Of a DNA stretch of 64,000 nt, positions 8,665-18,032 are shown piece after piece. The DNA comes from an uncultured Candidatus Saccharibacteria bacterium (GTDB lineage: Bacteria > Patescibacteriota > Minisyncoccia > Phycocordibacterales > Phycocordibacteraceae), in NCBI GenBank assembly GCA_964507275.1, contig CAZDPG010000001.1, positions 340,577 to 404,576 on the forward strand, given 5' to 3'. Under the pieces are notes generated by a model. The model saw nothing but the letters and a program-made list of their open reading frames with translations, was not told the origin of the DNA and ran no database searches. Both the position numbers and the translations under genes were made by a program. Each line of letters begins with the position of its first letter. The stretch's first letter is position 1.

Positions 8665-9816
8665 CTACCCATGAGAGCTCCTGTCAACAAACGCGACTGC
8701 CTCCGCAAGCGCGCTCGCAAAACGAGCTAATTCACGCGAAGAGACCCCAGCTCCCCAGGAGATTCTGAGTGTGGAGCGCGCCCGATCTTGGTCTCCGGTG
8801 AGAGCAAAGACCGCGCGCGATCCCTCCTCGGAATCTGTCTCGCAGGCGCTCCGTGTCGATACGGCAAAGCCGGCTTCGTCGAGAAGCGCAACAAGGTAAT
8901 CCGTATCTCGACCCGGCAATGAGAGATTGAGGATGTTCGGCACCTGGGTACGACCTTCGTTCACCTGCACATTCAGAACATCCTTCGTAATTGCCTTCAT
9001 AAGAAGATCGCGATTGCGTTTGGCAGATGTATGGAACGCATCACGATTGCGTACCGAAGCTTCGAGCGCTGCGGCGAACGATTGTGCAAGCTCGGGACTC
9101 TCTGTCCCCGGGCGAAGCCCGCGCTCCTGTCCCCCGCCCCGGTACAACGGGATGATAGGAATCGTCCGGTGCCTGATGAGAGCACCCATACCGCGTATCG
9201 GGCCCACTTTTGATGCATCAAGCGTGAGCAGGTCCGCGCCGAAATGATCGCGGGTAACTTTTTGGGTCAGTGGCGCCTGACTCGCATCGACATGGAGCAG
9301 TATCCGCGAATCAGCAGCTCCATCACGCACCTTCCCCAATACGAGAGCGACGTCGCGCGTATTCCACACCACGCCGGTCTCGCCACACACGGCATCCATC
9401 GAGACAAGCACGGTCTCCGGCCGGATCATTTCCGTGAGTGTTTCGATATCAACGCGATACTCTTTGATCGGGAGCTGTTCAACCGCTATTCCTTCCTCCT
9501 CCAGTAACTTCATATTCTCAGCAATCGAAGCATGAGCGCTCGGGAGATACAGAACATGCATGTTGTTCCTCCCGGCCGTGTCTGGTCCGGCGAGCGTGCG
9601 GAGCGAACGCACATGGCCGAGAATAGCGAGCGCATTCGCTTCGGTTGCACCGCTCGTAAACACGACATCATCGGCTTGCACCTCGACGAGCCGGGCAATA
9701 GCCATCCGGGCGTCCTCAAGGATCTTCTTCGCCTTCCTCCCCTCCTCATGGGGCGATGACGGGTTGCCGCCTACGCCAGCCGCCACGTCGAGATTCACCC
9801 TTTTCTTCCACAGCAT
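8665..9816 (-). CDS. cysteine desulfurase (IscS/NifS-like, class V aminotransferase)
   Basis: VVFTSGATEANALAILGH and PLP-lysine region motifs. Confidence 0.85.
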   Translation of the reverse strand: MLWKKRVNLDVAAGVGGNPSSPHEEGRKAKKILEDARMAIARLVEVQADDVVFTSGATEANALAILGHVRSLRTLAGPDTAGRNNMHVLYLPSAHASIAENMKLLEEEGIAVEQLPIKEYRVDIETLTEMIRPETVLVSMDAVCGETGVVWNTRDVALVLGKVRDGAADSRILLHVDASQAPLTQKVTRDHFGADLLTLDASKVGPIRGMGALIRHRTIPIIPLYRGGGQERGLRPGTESPELAQSFAAALEASVRNRDAFHTSAKRNRDLLMKAITKDVLNVQVNEGRTQVPNILNLSLPGRDTDYLVALLDEAGFAVSTRSACETDSEEGSRAVFALTGDQDRARSTLRISWGAGVSSRELARFASALAEAVAFVDRSSHG

Positions 9817-9920
9817 AGATTCATTCTACACGACCGGGCGCACCCTAGTCTCTTTAAGACGATCGTGCTAAAACTACTCCGGACAATTCCTTTCAACCTC
9901 GTCAAAGTCAGGAGCTGGCA

Positions 9921-10352
9921 ATGAACTCGATTTACGAAAAAGATCCGCATGACACGGCCATCATCGTCCTCGTCGGGTGCGACACGTCAGACCTCGTCCT
10001 CATTCAGAGCCAACGTACAGGTCTCTGGAGATTCCCGGGAGACCGTATCCGCGCCGAGGACATCGATCCCGACCAGCCCCACAACCATGACCGGGCGGCG
10101 CGCAATGCCGTCTCTCGTGCCACGAAGAAACGAACCGGTCTCACGATAGAGAAAATGAAGTGCATCGTCGAAACGCAAAGATCTCTCGGCATGTTCTACG
10201 GCTACGTCGGACTTGCCGACTTTGGTGCATTCGCGCCGAACGGAGACGACAAGAACACGATGATCATCTCGTACGTGGCCCTGCCGTTCTCCTTCATGCC
10301 AATGATTCAGAGGATAGCCTTCGAGACGATAGATCGGTGGATACGGGAATGA
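9921..10352 (+). CDS. hypothetical protein with a degenerate Nudix-like fold
   Basis: GLWRFPGDRIRAED...RTGL resembles a Nudix box, but the REx2EE catalytic residues are not conserved. Confidence 0.35.
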   Translation: MNSIYEKDPHDTAIIVLVGCDTSDLVLIQSQRTGLWRFPGDRIRAEDIDPDQPHNHDRAARNAVSRATKKRTGLTIEKMKCIVETQRSLGMFYGYVGLADFGAFAPNGDDKNTMIISYVALPFSFMPMIQRIAFETIDRWIRE

Positions 10353-10447
10353 AATCAAGAAGCAAGCTCATAGCTCGACGGTTACCCAGCCGCCGAGCTT
10401 TTTGTTTAATTGTAAAAATGTCATTTTTGTGATGAAATAGAGCCATT

Positions 10448-11917
10448 ATGGCGCGGACAGCACGACCGCCCGTCATCGCGGTGATGGGCCATATAGACCA
10501 TGGGAAATCCTCGCTTCTCGATTACATTCGGAAGGCGAATATCGTCGCGGGTGAGGCAGGTGGCATCACGCAACATGTCGCCGCATATATCGCACGCCAC
10601 GACGACCGTCCAGTCACCTTCCTCGACACTCCCGGCCATGAAGCCTTTAAAGCCCTTCGCACCCGCGGAGCAGCAGCTGCCGACATCAGTATCCTCGTCG
10701 TGGCAGCTGATGAGGGCGTGATGCCGCAGACACTCGACGCGCTTGCTGCCATACAAGAAGCGAAGATTCCATACATCGTCGCAATTACAAAGATCGACAA
10801 GAACAATGCGGATATTGAGCGGACGAAAATGTCCCTCGTCGAGCACGGCATCTATATCGAGGGCATGGGCGGCGACATCGCCTACGCACCAATATCGTCG
10901 AAGACCGGCGATGGCATCACGGAACTACTCGACCTCGTCGTTCTCGCGGCGGATATTGCGGAACTCACAGCTGAGACAGACGCACCTGCAACTGGCTTCG
11001 TGCTTGAGTCCACTCAGGACCCGAAGCGCGGTGCATCAGCGACGCTCATCATAAAAGACGGCACTCTCACACTCGATGGATTCGTCGTCGCCGGTGATGC
11101 CTATGCGCCAATACGATTCATCGAGGACTGGAGTGGAAAGAGAGTTGAACAAGCGGGACCATCTGAACCGGTGCGCATCTCCGGATTCAGCAAGCTCCCT
11201 GCAGCAGGATCGCTCTTCACCATCGCGAAGAACAAGAAAGAAGCGGAAGCGCTTGCTGCCGAGCACGCGAAGTTGCTCGCGGTGACACCTGAGCGCGTCG
11301 CAACGGCCGAAGGCATCGCCGAACTCCCACTCATCGTGAAGGCAGACGTCGCCGGATCGATCGATGCTATCGTTCACGAACTCAAGAAGATAACGCATGA
11401 GCGAGCTATCATCCGCATCATTGCGGCGGGCGTCGGCAACGTCTCAGAAAATGACGTGAACACCGCACATGCTTCCGGTGGTGTTGTCATTGCGTTCAAT
11501 GTGGGGACCGACTCTATCGCCCGCGACCGCGCCGAGCGCGAAAGCATCGCGATCTACCCTTTTTCGATCATCTACGAGTTATCAGAGAAGGTGGCAACGC
11601 TCCTCAATGAGCGCGCGCCGTCAGTGTCGACCGACAAGGAGCTCGGTCGCGCGAAGGTATTGAAAGCCTTTTCTTCGAGCGCCAAGAAGCACGTGCTCGG
11701 CGCGCGACACCTGTCCGGCGCGCTCTCGCTCGGGGACCGAATCAAGCTCACGCGCGGGGAGACCGAGCTCGCGCGTGGCAGCATCACGAACTTGCAGCAA
11801 GCCCGCGCGGACGTGAAGGAGATAAAGGTCGAGGGCGATTTCGGCATCGAGATCGAGTCGCGCGAGCCAGCAGTCTACGGCGACGAAATCATCGCATTCG
11901 CCGTCACCGAGGCATGA
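10448..11917 (+). CDS. infB: translation initiation factor IF-2 (short form: G domain to C-terminus only)
   Basis: G1 motif [24 protein letters not shown] and NKIDK motifs, and the IF-2 C-terminal beta-barrels. 489 aa with no N-terminal extension. Confidence 0.9.
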   Translation: MARTARPPVIAVMGHIDHGKSSLLDYIRKANIVAGEAGGITQHVAAYIARHDDRPVTFLDTPGHEAFKALRTRGAAAADISILVVAADEGVMPQTLDALAAIQEAKIPYIVAITKIDKNNADIERTKMSLVEHGIYIEGMGGDIAYAPISSKTGDGITELLDLVVLAADIAELTAETDAPATGFVLESTQDPKRGASATLIIKDGTLTLDGFVVAGDAYAPIRFIEDWSGKRVEQAGPSEPVRISGFSKLPAAGSLFTIAKNKKEAEALAAEHAKLLAVTPERVATAEGIAELPLIVKADVAGSIDAIVHELKKITHERAIIRIIAAGVGNVSENDVNTAHASGGVVIAFNVGTDSIARDRAERESIAIYPFSIIYELSEKVATLLNERAPSVSTDKELGRAKVLKAFSSSAKKHVLGARHLSGALSLGDRIKLTRGETELARGSITNLQQARADVKEIKVEGDFGIEIESREPAVYGDEIIAFAVTEA

Positions 11918-12243
11918 TGAAGCCCGCTGATCGTAAGGGTCGCGTGACCGAGATCATCGCGCGCGAAGCGGCGCAATTCATCACCCGCGAAGCCGGAAGC
12001 GGTTCCTTGATCACCGTCATCCGCGCAGAGTCAGTCGCGCATGGCGACCGCGTCCTCGTGTTCGTGAGCATCTTCCCCGAAGACAAGGCTCAGTCCGCGC
12101 TCGCCTTCCTCGAACGGCACCGCGAAGCATTTTCTGACCACCTGAAATCACATGCGCGCCTGCGCCCCCTGCCCCGCATTGAATTCCTGCTCGATAACCG
12201 CGAAGTAACCGGAGCACCAGCACCACTGCCCGAACAGTTGTAA
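11914..12243 (+). CDS. rbfA: ribosome-binding factor A
   Basis: RbfA KH-like fold sequence VTEIIAREAAQFITRE...VLVFVSIFPED. Canonical infB-rbfA order with a 4 bp overlap. Confidence 0.85.
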   Translation: MMKPADRKGRVTEIIAREAAQFITREAGSGSLITVIRAESVAHGDRVLVFVSIFPEDKAQSALAFLERHREAFSDHLKSHARLRPLPRIEFLLDNREVTGAPAPLPEQL

Positions 12244-12355
12244 TTTTCGTACTTTGTGACACAGTAGTCCCGGATTACATGAAGTAGCTCTACGGGCCGA
12301 AAGCTCGTTTAGCTGGGCCGGAAGCCCCATGGTCCTTTGATAGTGAGGTGAGAAA

Positions 12356-12991
12356 ATGAACAAACAGACGTTGCAGATGTTGGCGGACATGCCGCCAGAG
12401 ATGCTTGCGGCATGGGAGACTAGTTACCCTGCGAAGTGGAGCATCCGACATATCGCAAGAAACTACACGAGACGGAATATATTCTCTGCCCTCTTCGGTC
12501 TCGCATGGCTTTTCTTGCTGGCCGGAACGGCGACTACAGTCTTCCCCGAAGCGACGATGAATGTCGTGTGGGTGGTTCCGATATCCTTCGGTATCGTCAT
12601 TCTGTTCGCTGTAGGCATATTCCTGGAAGACAGGCTCATCAGCCACCGGACAGAACAAGATGCAATCATCAAATCGCTCGAGACGGCAGTGAAGGATTCG
12701 GATATCGATCTGCAGTTCTACCTTCAGCGTGGCTCTGACTCAAGACGTATCCGGGAGGCGGTGCACTTGCTTCTCGTAGGGGCTGCTCAAGCCGTTCTTG
12801 AGGGCGAGGAACGTTTCAATCGCTTGCGCAAAAAAGATAAGGTACCTGAAACAGAGATTGTCAGGGCCGGTCAGGATTTGCTCCAGCGCCGAGACGTCTT
12901 CAAAAACAGGCTCTTTCGAGCTATACAATTCGGCTTGAGTGACAAGAACTCGCAAAAGTACTTCAAGGAGGCAGCCAGTCAGCTCACTTGA
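12356..12991 (+). CDS. hypothetical membrane protein (2 TM plus a helical cytoplasmic domain)
   Basis: ORF with hydrophobic helices, followed by a terminator. Confidence 0.4.
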   Translation: MNKQTLQMLADMPPEMLAAWETSYPAKWSIRHIARNYTRRNIFSALFGLAWLFLLAGTATTVFPEATMNVVWVVPISFGIVILFAVGIFLEDRLISHRTEQDAIIKSLETAVKDSDIDLQFYLQRGSDSRRIREAVHLLLVGAAQAVLEGEERFNRLRKKDKVPETEIVRAGQDLLQRRDVFKNRLFRAIQFGLSDKNSQKYFKEAASQLT

Positions 12992-13011
12992 ACGAAAGTC
13001 GGTTCGACTTA

Positions 13012-13048
13012 CGACGGCGGTCCCTGTGGCCGCCGTTTCTTATTTTCT
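13012..13048 (+). terminator. rho-independent terminator (cggcgg-tccctgtgg-ccgccg-tttcttatttt)
   Basis: GC stem plus T-run after the stop of the 12356-12991 gene. Confidence 0.55.
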
Positions 13049-13067
13049 CTGCTATATTTTAACTCAA

Positions 13068-13139
13068 GGCCAGGTGGTGAAGTGGTAACACAGCTCTCTG
13101 CAAAAGAGCGATGCGCGGGTTCAATTCCCGCCCTGGCCT
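13068..13139 (+). tRNA. tRNA-Cys (anticodon GCA)
   Basis: Acceptor GGCCAGG/CCTGGCC, anticodon loop CTGCAAA, T-loop TTCAATT. Confidence 0.8.
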
Positions 13140-13157
13140 CAAAATAAAGGCACACGC

Positions 13158-13715
13158 ATGTGGATAGTTGTGCATATTGCTCTACCAGTATGGCATAATC
13201 AATATATGGACCGTCGTCGAACCTGGAACCTTCTACAGCTCCGTAAGGCGGTCAAGACTTCTACGAGCACCCGACAAGTTATCAAGAAACTTGGCCTTGT
13301 TCCTGCTGGAGGTAATTATGTACAAGTTTCTAAAGCAATCAGTGATCAGAAATTGAGTACATCTCATTTCAAGGGACAAGGATGGAACAGAGGGATGAAG
13401 GTCCCTAAGGAGCCGATTTACAAACTGGAAGAGATTTTAGTTCCTAATGGTCACTATAATTCATATCGTCTAAAACAACGTCTCTTCAAGGAGGGGCTTA
13501 AAACAGCGGAATGTGAAGAATGCGGGTGGGCTCAAATGAGCCCCGATGGACGCACACCAGTTGAAATCGACCATATAAATGGAAATCACTCTGATAATCG
13601 AATCGAGAACTTGCGCATCCTCTGCCCCAATTGTCATAGCTTAAAACCCACTCATCGTGGTAAAAATAAGGGTGTCAGCCGGAGTGGCGAAATTGGTCAG
13701 ACGCATCGGGCTTAA
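13158..13715 (+). CDS. free-standing HNH homing-endonuclease-like protein (AT-rich insert); its 3' end overlaps the downstream tRNA-Leu
   Basis: HNH motif ECEECGW...VEIDHINGNHSDNRIENLRILCPNCHS. Markedly AT-rich compared with the flanks. The true start is probably MDRRRTW at 13206. Confidence 0.75.
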   Translation: MWIVVHIALPVWHNQYMDRRRTWNLLQLRKAVKTSTSTRQVIKKLGLVPAGGNYVQVSKAISDQKLSTSHFKGQGWNRGMKVPKEPIYKLEEILVPNGHYNSYRLKQRLFKEGLKTAECEECGWAQMSPDGRTPVEIDHINGNHSDNRIENLRILCPNCHSLKPTHRGKNKGVSRSGEIGQTHRA

Positions 13716-13768
13716 AACCCGAAGAGAGCCTAAAAACCCTCGTGTGGGTTCGAGTCCCACCTCCGGCA
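13678..13768 (+). tRNA. tRNA-Leu (anticodon TAA)
   Basis: Acceptor GCCGGAG/CTCCGGC, D-arm GGCGAAATTGGTCAGACGC, anticodon stem TCGGG/CCCGA with loop CTTAAAA, T-arm GTGGG-TTCGAGT-CCCAC. The long variable region is not cleanly resolved by eye. Confidence 0.6.
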
Positions 13769-13817
13769 CAAAGTTCTATTGAAGAGAATGCATTCATCGT
13801 GTAAAGTTTCTTCTATT

Positions 13818-13890
13818 GCACCTATAGCTCAGTTGGTAGAGCAGCTCCCTCTTAAGGAGACGGTCCCAGGTTCGAGCCCTGGTAGGTGCA
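13818..13890 (+). tRNA. tRNA-Lys (anticodon CTT)
   Basis: Acceptor GCACCTA/TAGGTGC, D-arm GCTCAGTTGGTAGAGC, anticodon loop CTCTTAA. Confidence 0.75.
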
Positions 13891-13932
13891 CAAAACGAGT
13901 ATAGGCCTGGTATAGTGCTTCTTACGCAGTCT

Positions 13933-14014
13933 GCTGGGATGGCGAAATTGGTAGACGCACTAGCCTTAGGAGCTAGCGGGGCAACCCATGGAGGTTCGAG
14001 TCCTCTTCCCAGCA
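13933..14014 (+). tRNA. tRNA-Leu (anticodon TAG)
   Basis: Acceptor GCTGGGA/TCCCAGC, D-arm GGCGAAATTGGTAGACGC, anticodon stem CTAGC/GCTAG with loop CTTAGGA, long variable arm. Confidence 0.75.
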
Positions 14015-14093
14015 CTTGACTTTCTCATAGTTTTGTGTATTATGCGCTCTAGAGCGCAGATCTTTCTGCTGCCCATACTTCAAGGAGAAAACC

Positions 14094-15437
14094 ATGTTCA
14101 AGGAGATTCTAATCATCGGCGGGCTGGTGGTGGTAATCGCCATTCTGACGCTCGCCATAATCCTGCTACTGTCGAATCTTGGCGCTTACTTCACAAAGAT
14201 AGCCCAGGGCACGACGGTCTTCATCAGTGCCGGCGAAAGCCTGCAGGACATCCTGCCGAATATCGGCGGATACAGAATGTCCAATGATCAAGACATCGAC
14301 GGGCGTCATTGGCTCGTCGCGGAAGCAACTGAAGAAAAGAGGCTCGCCGCGTTTTTCCACAACGCTCAGAAAGGAACCGTATGGTTTCAAAAATGGCTTT
14401 GGAAAAAATTCGGTGTAAAGCTCATCAGCTTGTTCTGGCCCCACACCAATGTCCATTCGTTCGACATACGGAAAGGAGGCCGGAGGAGGATTGAAGCACG
14501 CACAGAAGTCGGGCCTGAAGCCCCTCTCCGATCCCGCGTGATAGATTCACCTGAAAAAAGCACCCTTGTCAGTTCCCTTCTCTTCATGGTGCCTCGACCG
14601 ATATATGTGGAGGGAATCGAGCTTGCGGGGGACAACTCAAGAATCAACCTTCTGCTTCTTCCCGTCTTCCGACAGGTCATCCCGGCCTTACCGGTGTATT
14701 ACCTCAAGGGCGACTTCTTCACCCTGATTGATGCGGCCGTAGAAGCCGCCATGGTCGATTTTTTCGCCCGACACCGCGTAGCGGTGTATAAGGATGGTGA
14801 GAAAAAGGGGCAGTTTGCTATGGACTCCTACGAGTCCTCGCAAGCGGAACACGAGGAGAGCCCCCTGACCTACTCCCTCTGGCTAAAGCTCACCAAGGCT
14901 GGTGAAGGATCGCCGATGGAGAAGAAACTTCGCAATCTCAACGTAAGCAAAGAGTATCTTGCCAAGTTGAAGGCGGATGGGGGAAAGGAGGAGCTTGTCG
15001 ATTACATCAAAAAACACCTGATTGTCGGTGAGCCAACCGACGTGCCATCGGCGAGCGCAATCTCTGGGATGATTCCAAACGGAATTGTCCCTCGATTCGG
15101 GTTCGCCTTGGTAAGTTTCAGAGTAGTCGAATGGGAAGCTCACAAGAGCACGGTCGCTCTAGCTGAATCTCTTCTGGCAAAGGAAATAGAGCTTCACACG
15201 GCAGAAGGCGTTCGGCAGAAGGCAATCGGGGAAGGGGCCGCTATCCTAGAGCGATCTGCGGCGGAATCAAGCCGTTATGAGCGGCTCTTGAAAGCCCTCG
15301 TCGACAAGGGAGTAACTCCAGATGTCGCTGCCCAAGTCATAGCAACACAGCTCCGGACGGAAAACATCCGGGATGGCAAAGTCACAACCTATGTCGAAGG
15401 GGCGGCGTCGGCCACAGTGATGGTTCCTACCGCCTGA
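14094..15437 (+). CDS. hypothetical membrane-anchored protein (N-terminal TM; helical C-terminal region faintly SPFH/band-7-like)
   Basis: 447 aa ORF with RBS-like aaggag upstream. No confident motif. Confidence 0.4.
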   Translation: MFKEILIIGGLVVVIAILTLAIILLLSNLGAYFTKIAQGTTVFISAGESLQDILPNIGGYRMSNDQDIDGRHWLVAEATEEKRLAAFFHNAQKGTVWFQKWLWKKFGVKLISLFWPHTNVHSFDIRKGGRRRIEARTEVGPEAPLRSRVIDSPEKSTLVSSLLFMVPRPIYVEGIELAGDNSRINLLLLPVFRQVIPALPVYYLKGDFFTLIDAAVEAAMVDFFARHRVAVYKDGEKKGQFAMDSYESSQAEHEESPLTYSLWLKLTKAGEGSPMEKKLRNLNVSKEYLAKLKADGGKEELVDYIKKHLIVGEPTDVPSASAISGMIPNGIVPRFGFALVSFRVVEWEAHKSTVALAESLLAKEIELHTAEGVRQKAIGEGAAILERSAAESSRYERLLKALVDKGVTPDVAAQVIATQLRTENIRDGKVTTYVEGAASATVMVPTA

Positions 15438-15464
15438 ACCTCGACACAACAAGGAGGGTGCAAT

Positions 15465-16112
15465 ATGAAGTTCTTACTTACTGCGGCCATATCTCTGGCC
15501 GCGATTGCCCTGTTTCTTGGGGTGGTGAACATGCTTAAATCAAGGAAGCAAACAGGAAATGGCGATGGGTGGTGGTCCATGAAATACTTATGGGTCATTC
15601 CCCTCATCCTCGTCGGTGTTGCAATCTTCTACTTTGGGGTAAATCCATTGGGCTGGAAGTCGCCAAGTCTTGTGGATGTGGTTGCCATGAAGAACGCTTA
15701 CTGGTTCCACATCCTCATCGTCCTCGGCGTTGTCTACTTTCTCGCCGCCCGTTCGGAAGAAAAAGTGGCGAAGGAAACGGCAACCGCTGTCCTGGCAATC
15801 TCGGCATTCATGCTCTTCATCGGGTTCCCGGTGTGGGTGTGGGTCACAGGACCGAGCACGGCAGTAGCCGCAAGCGAAGCACGAGTGCTCTCGATGCCGC
15901 CTGGCGGGAAGTCAGCACGCATTCCCGTTCCGTACCAAAAGCAAGTCGTGATGGATGGGAAAGACTTCCGCTATCACTGCGTGTATCAGGACGGACGCGA
16001 GGAGTCATTCGGGGAAGGAGAGCGTCCGTGTACGAGCGGCAACCTGCCGTTCGTCTACGCGACGAACCTCCGGGAGAAGGAAAGTAATGTGGTCACCTAC
16101 TCCTACAAGTAA
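15465..16112 (+). CDS. hypothetical polytopic membrane protein
   Basis: 215 aa with about 4 predicted TM helices, then a soluble tail. Ends at a bidirectional terminator. Confidence 0.4.
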   Translation: MKFLLTAAISLAAIALFLGVVNMLKSRKQTGNGDGWWSMKYLWVIPLILVGVAIFYFGVNPLGWKSPSLVDVVAMKNAYWFHILIVLGVVYFLAARSEEKVAKETATAVLAISAFMLFIGFPVWVWVTGPSTAVAASEARVLSMPPGGKSARIPVPYQKQVVMDGKDFRYHCVYQDGREESFGEGERPCTSGNLPFVYATNLREKESNVVTYSYK

Positions 16113-16132
16113 TTTGGCCAGAAGTTCTTTGG

Positions 16133-16170
16133 CAAAAGCCGCACGGTACTCCCGCGCGGCTTTTTTCTTT
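16133..16170. terminator. bidirectional hairpin terminator (aaagccgcacgg...ccgcgcggctttttt)
   Basis: Inverted repeat plus T-run, between the convergent gene 15465-16112 (+) and the pilin array (-). Confidence 0.55.
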
Positions 16171-16184
16171 TCTCTGTCCTTTTC

Positions 16185-16457
16185 TTAGTGACCGGTTATT
16201 TTCGTAATCGGCGTAATGCCGAATGTGCCGAGCGCGAGATTGATGAGACCGTAGGCACCGAAGATGATCACGAGCCCGACGAGACCCCAGAGGATGGCAC
16301 TACGCCCTTCGACCCGCTTCCCTTCGTCACCCGCGTGAACGATGAACTCGAATACGCCCCAAAGAAACGCCACGAATGCAGTCGCCGCAAGAAGCAGGAT
16401 AATCGGGTTGATTATCTGCACGACAACCTTCTCAAGAAATGTTTCGAGGACTGGCAT
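16185..16457 (-). CDS. VirB2/TrbC-like pilin paralog 6 (no signal peptide)
   Basis: Shares IINPIILLLAATAFVAFLWG...EGKRVEGRSAILWGLVGLVIIFGAYGLIN with its neighbours. Starts 0 nt after paralog 5. Confidence 0.6.
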   Translation of the reverse strand: MPVLETFLEKVVVQIINPIILLLAATAFVAFLWGVFEFIVHAGDEGKRVEGRSAILWGLVGLVIIFGAYGLINLALGTFGITPITKITGH

Positions 16458-16835
16458 TTAGCCGCCAATCTGGACACCAGCTTTCGGTGTACCGCCTGAT
16501 ACGCCCGACGTATTGCTGAAGCTGACCGTGCCCGTGAGGATGTTGACGAGACCCCAGACAGAAACCATCACGAAGAAACCGATGAGACCCCAGAGCATGA
16601 GGTTCTTGCCCTTCTCCTTCACGTCATCAGAGTTAGCTCCCAGGATGAACGTCGTGAACGCACCCCAGATGAAGACGATAAACGCGACCGCGAAGAGTAC
16701 CGGAACGAGCACGTTGTTAATGATATTGATAATGAAAGAACCGACGTCTGCGATGTTCCCTATCGCGGCATATGAGATGAGTGGCAAAGCGAAGGCGGCG
16801 AATGTTCCAGTGGTCAGGGCGAGAGCTTTTTTCAT
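16458..16835 (-). CDS. VirB2/TrbC-like pilin paralog 5 (signal peptide plus two helices)
   Basis: MKKALALTTGTFAAFALPLISYAA signal peptide. IINIINNVLVPVLFAVAFIVFIWG...KEKGKNLMLWGLIGFFVMVSVWGLVN. Confidence 0.65.
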   Translation of the reverse strand: MKKALALTTGTFAAFALPLISYAAIGNIADVGSFIINIINNVLVPVLFAVAFIVFIWGAFTTFILGANSDDVKEKGKNLMLWGLIGFFVMVSVWGLVNILTGTVSFSNTSGVSGGTPKAGVQIGG

Positions 16836-16925
16836 AGAATGAGTGAACGGTTAATAGAGTAATTGTAGCCTGTGGGCGATACGGGTCAATGCACCTGTGT
16901 CCGACGTGTGGATAAGCCGAGCTTC

Positions 16926-17291
16926 CTAAAGGGTTGGGTAGTTCGGGGCCGTCCCTCCGGCTGAGAGACCGAACGTGCTTCCTACGACCGCGACGAGGCC
17001 CCACATCGAGAGTATGACGACGAACCCAATGATGCCCCAGAAGACGAAGTCCCGACCTTCCTTGCGCGATTCTTCTTTGGTCGCACCGAGGATGAAGTAT
17101 TTATATACGCCCCAGAGGAACGTCAAGAACGCGAGGGCGAAGAGTACCGGCACGAACACGTTGTTGATGATATTGATGATGCTCGAAGAATACCCAGTAA
17201 CGATACCCATATTGATGCCCGTACCTTGGGCAGACGCGAGAAGAGGGGCAGCAAACGTAAGCGGTGCGATGAGCCAGGAGATCTTTTTCAT
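16926..17291 (-). CDS. VirB2/TrbC-like pilin paralog 4
   Basis: Trimmed to MKKISWLIAPLTFAAPLLASAQG (signal peptide). IINIINNVFVPVLFALAFLTFLWG...RKEGRDFVFWGIIGFVVILSMWGLV. Confidence 0.65.
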   Translation of the reverse strand: MKKISWLIAPLTFAAPLLASAQGTGINMGIVTGYSSSIINIINNVFVPVLFALAFLTFLWGVYKYFILGATKEESRKEGRDFVFWGIIGFVVILSMWGLVAVVGSTFGLSAGGTAPNYPTL

Positions 17292-17296
17292 ACTTC

Positions 17297-17740
17297 CTAA
17301 TACGATCGCGGCAATTGAGGCGCACCAGCACCAGTAAGTCCGAAAGTGTTTGCGACGACATTCACGAGACCCCAGAGCGACACCATCACGACGAACCCTA
17401 TGAGGCCCCAAAGAACCAGCTTATGCCCTTCTTCAACCTCGCCCGGCTCACCATGAGAAAAGATGTACGCTTTGGCGATGCCGTACAGGAACGTGAGGAA
17501 TGCAACCGCGAAGAGTACTGGCACGAGGATGCCATTTATGATGTAGAGGATTGTGGAAGCGACGCAGCCGATACCGCCGGAACATGCACCGAAAAACGGT
17601 CCCGATGCTGAGATAAAGCCGTATGAATAGCCGGTGTTTACCGTCTGCGGACCGCCACCGACCCCGACCGTCTGCGCGAGCGCGAGCGCGGGAGTGAGAA
17701 ACACAGCAAGCGATGCGAGGATACGAGCGGGTATTTTCAT
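17297..17740 (-). CDS. VirB2/TrbC-like pilin paralog 3 (Gly/Cys-containing N-terminal extension)
   Basis: Trimmed to MKIPARILASLAVFLTPALALAQ (ATG 17740). ILYIINGILVPVLFAVAFLTFLYG...EEGHKLVLWGLIGFVVMVSLWGLVN. Confidence 0.65.
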   Translation of the reverse strand: MKIPARILASLAVFLTPALALAQTVGVGGGPQTVNTGYSYGFISASGPFFGACSGGIGCVASTILYIINGILVPVLFAVAFLTFLYGIAKAYIFSHGEPGEVEEGHKLVLWGLIGFVVMVSLWGLVNVVANTFGLTGAGAPQLPRSY

Positions 17741-17759
17741 ATGCGATAAGTATGACACA

Positions 17760-18029
17760 CTACACGCCTGATGCGATGCCGAGCGTGGATAACAGTATCT
17801 TGACGAAGCTCCAGACTGAGAGGAGTACGACAATGCCGATGATGCCCCAGAAGACGAACTGCCGGCCCTCGGCACGTTTCTCTTCACTGCCGCCATGGAA
17901 GAAGAAATAGTTTGCCACACCCCAAATGAACACAGCGAAGGAGAGCGAGAAGATAATCGGCACGATGACAAGATTGATGACGCCGATAATCCCGCTCGAG
18001 CTGCCGCCAATGAATTGCGCGAAGGTCAT
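17760..18029 (-). CDS. VirB2/TrbC-like pilin paralog 2 (no signal peptide)
   Basis: VINLVIVPIIFSLSFAVFIWG...KRAEGRQFVFWGIIGIVVLLSVWSFV. Starts 3 nt after paralog 1. Confidence 0.6.
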   Translation of the reverse strand: MTFAQFIGGSSSGIIGVINLVIVPIIFSLSFAVFIWGVANYFFFHGGSEEKRAEGRQFVFWGIIGIVVLLSVWSFVKILLSTLGIASGV

Positions 18030-18032
18030 GAA

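Noticed and set aside
13678-13768. Possible group I intron in tRNA-Leu(UAA), as in cyanobacteria and plastids
   Set aside because: The tRNA reads as a contiguous cloverleaf with an intact CTTAAAA anticodon loop. The HNH ORF lies upstream of and overlapping the 5' end, not within the anticodon loop.
13794-14158. Small ORFs overlapping tRNA-Lys and tRNA-Leu(TAG)
   Set aside because: They lie across well-folded tRNA genes, so they are spurious.
14094-15437. SPFH/band-7 (stomatin/flotillin-like) assignment for the 447 aa membrane protein
   Set aside because: Only a vague Glu/Ala-rich helical resemblance and no diagnostic motif I could point to. Left as hypothetical.
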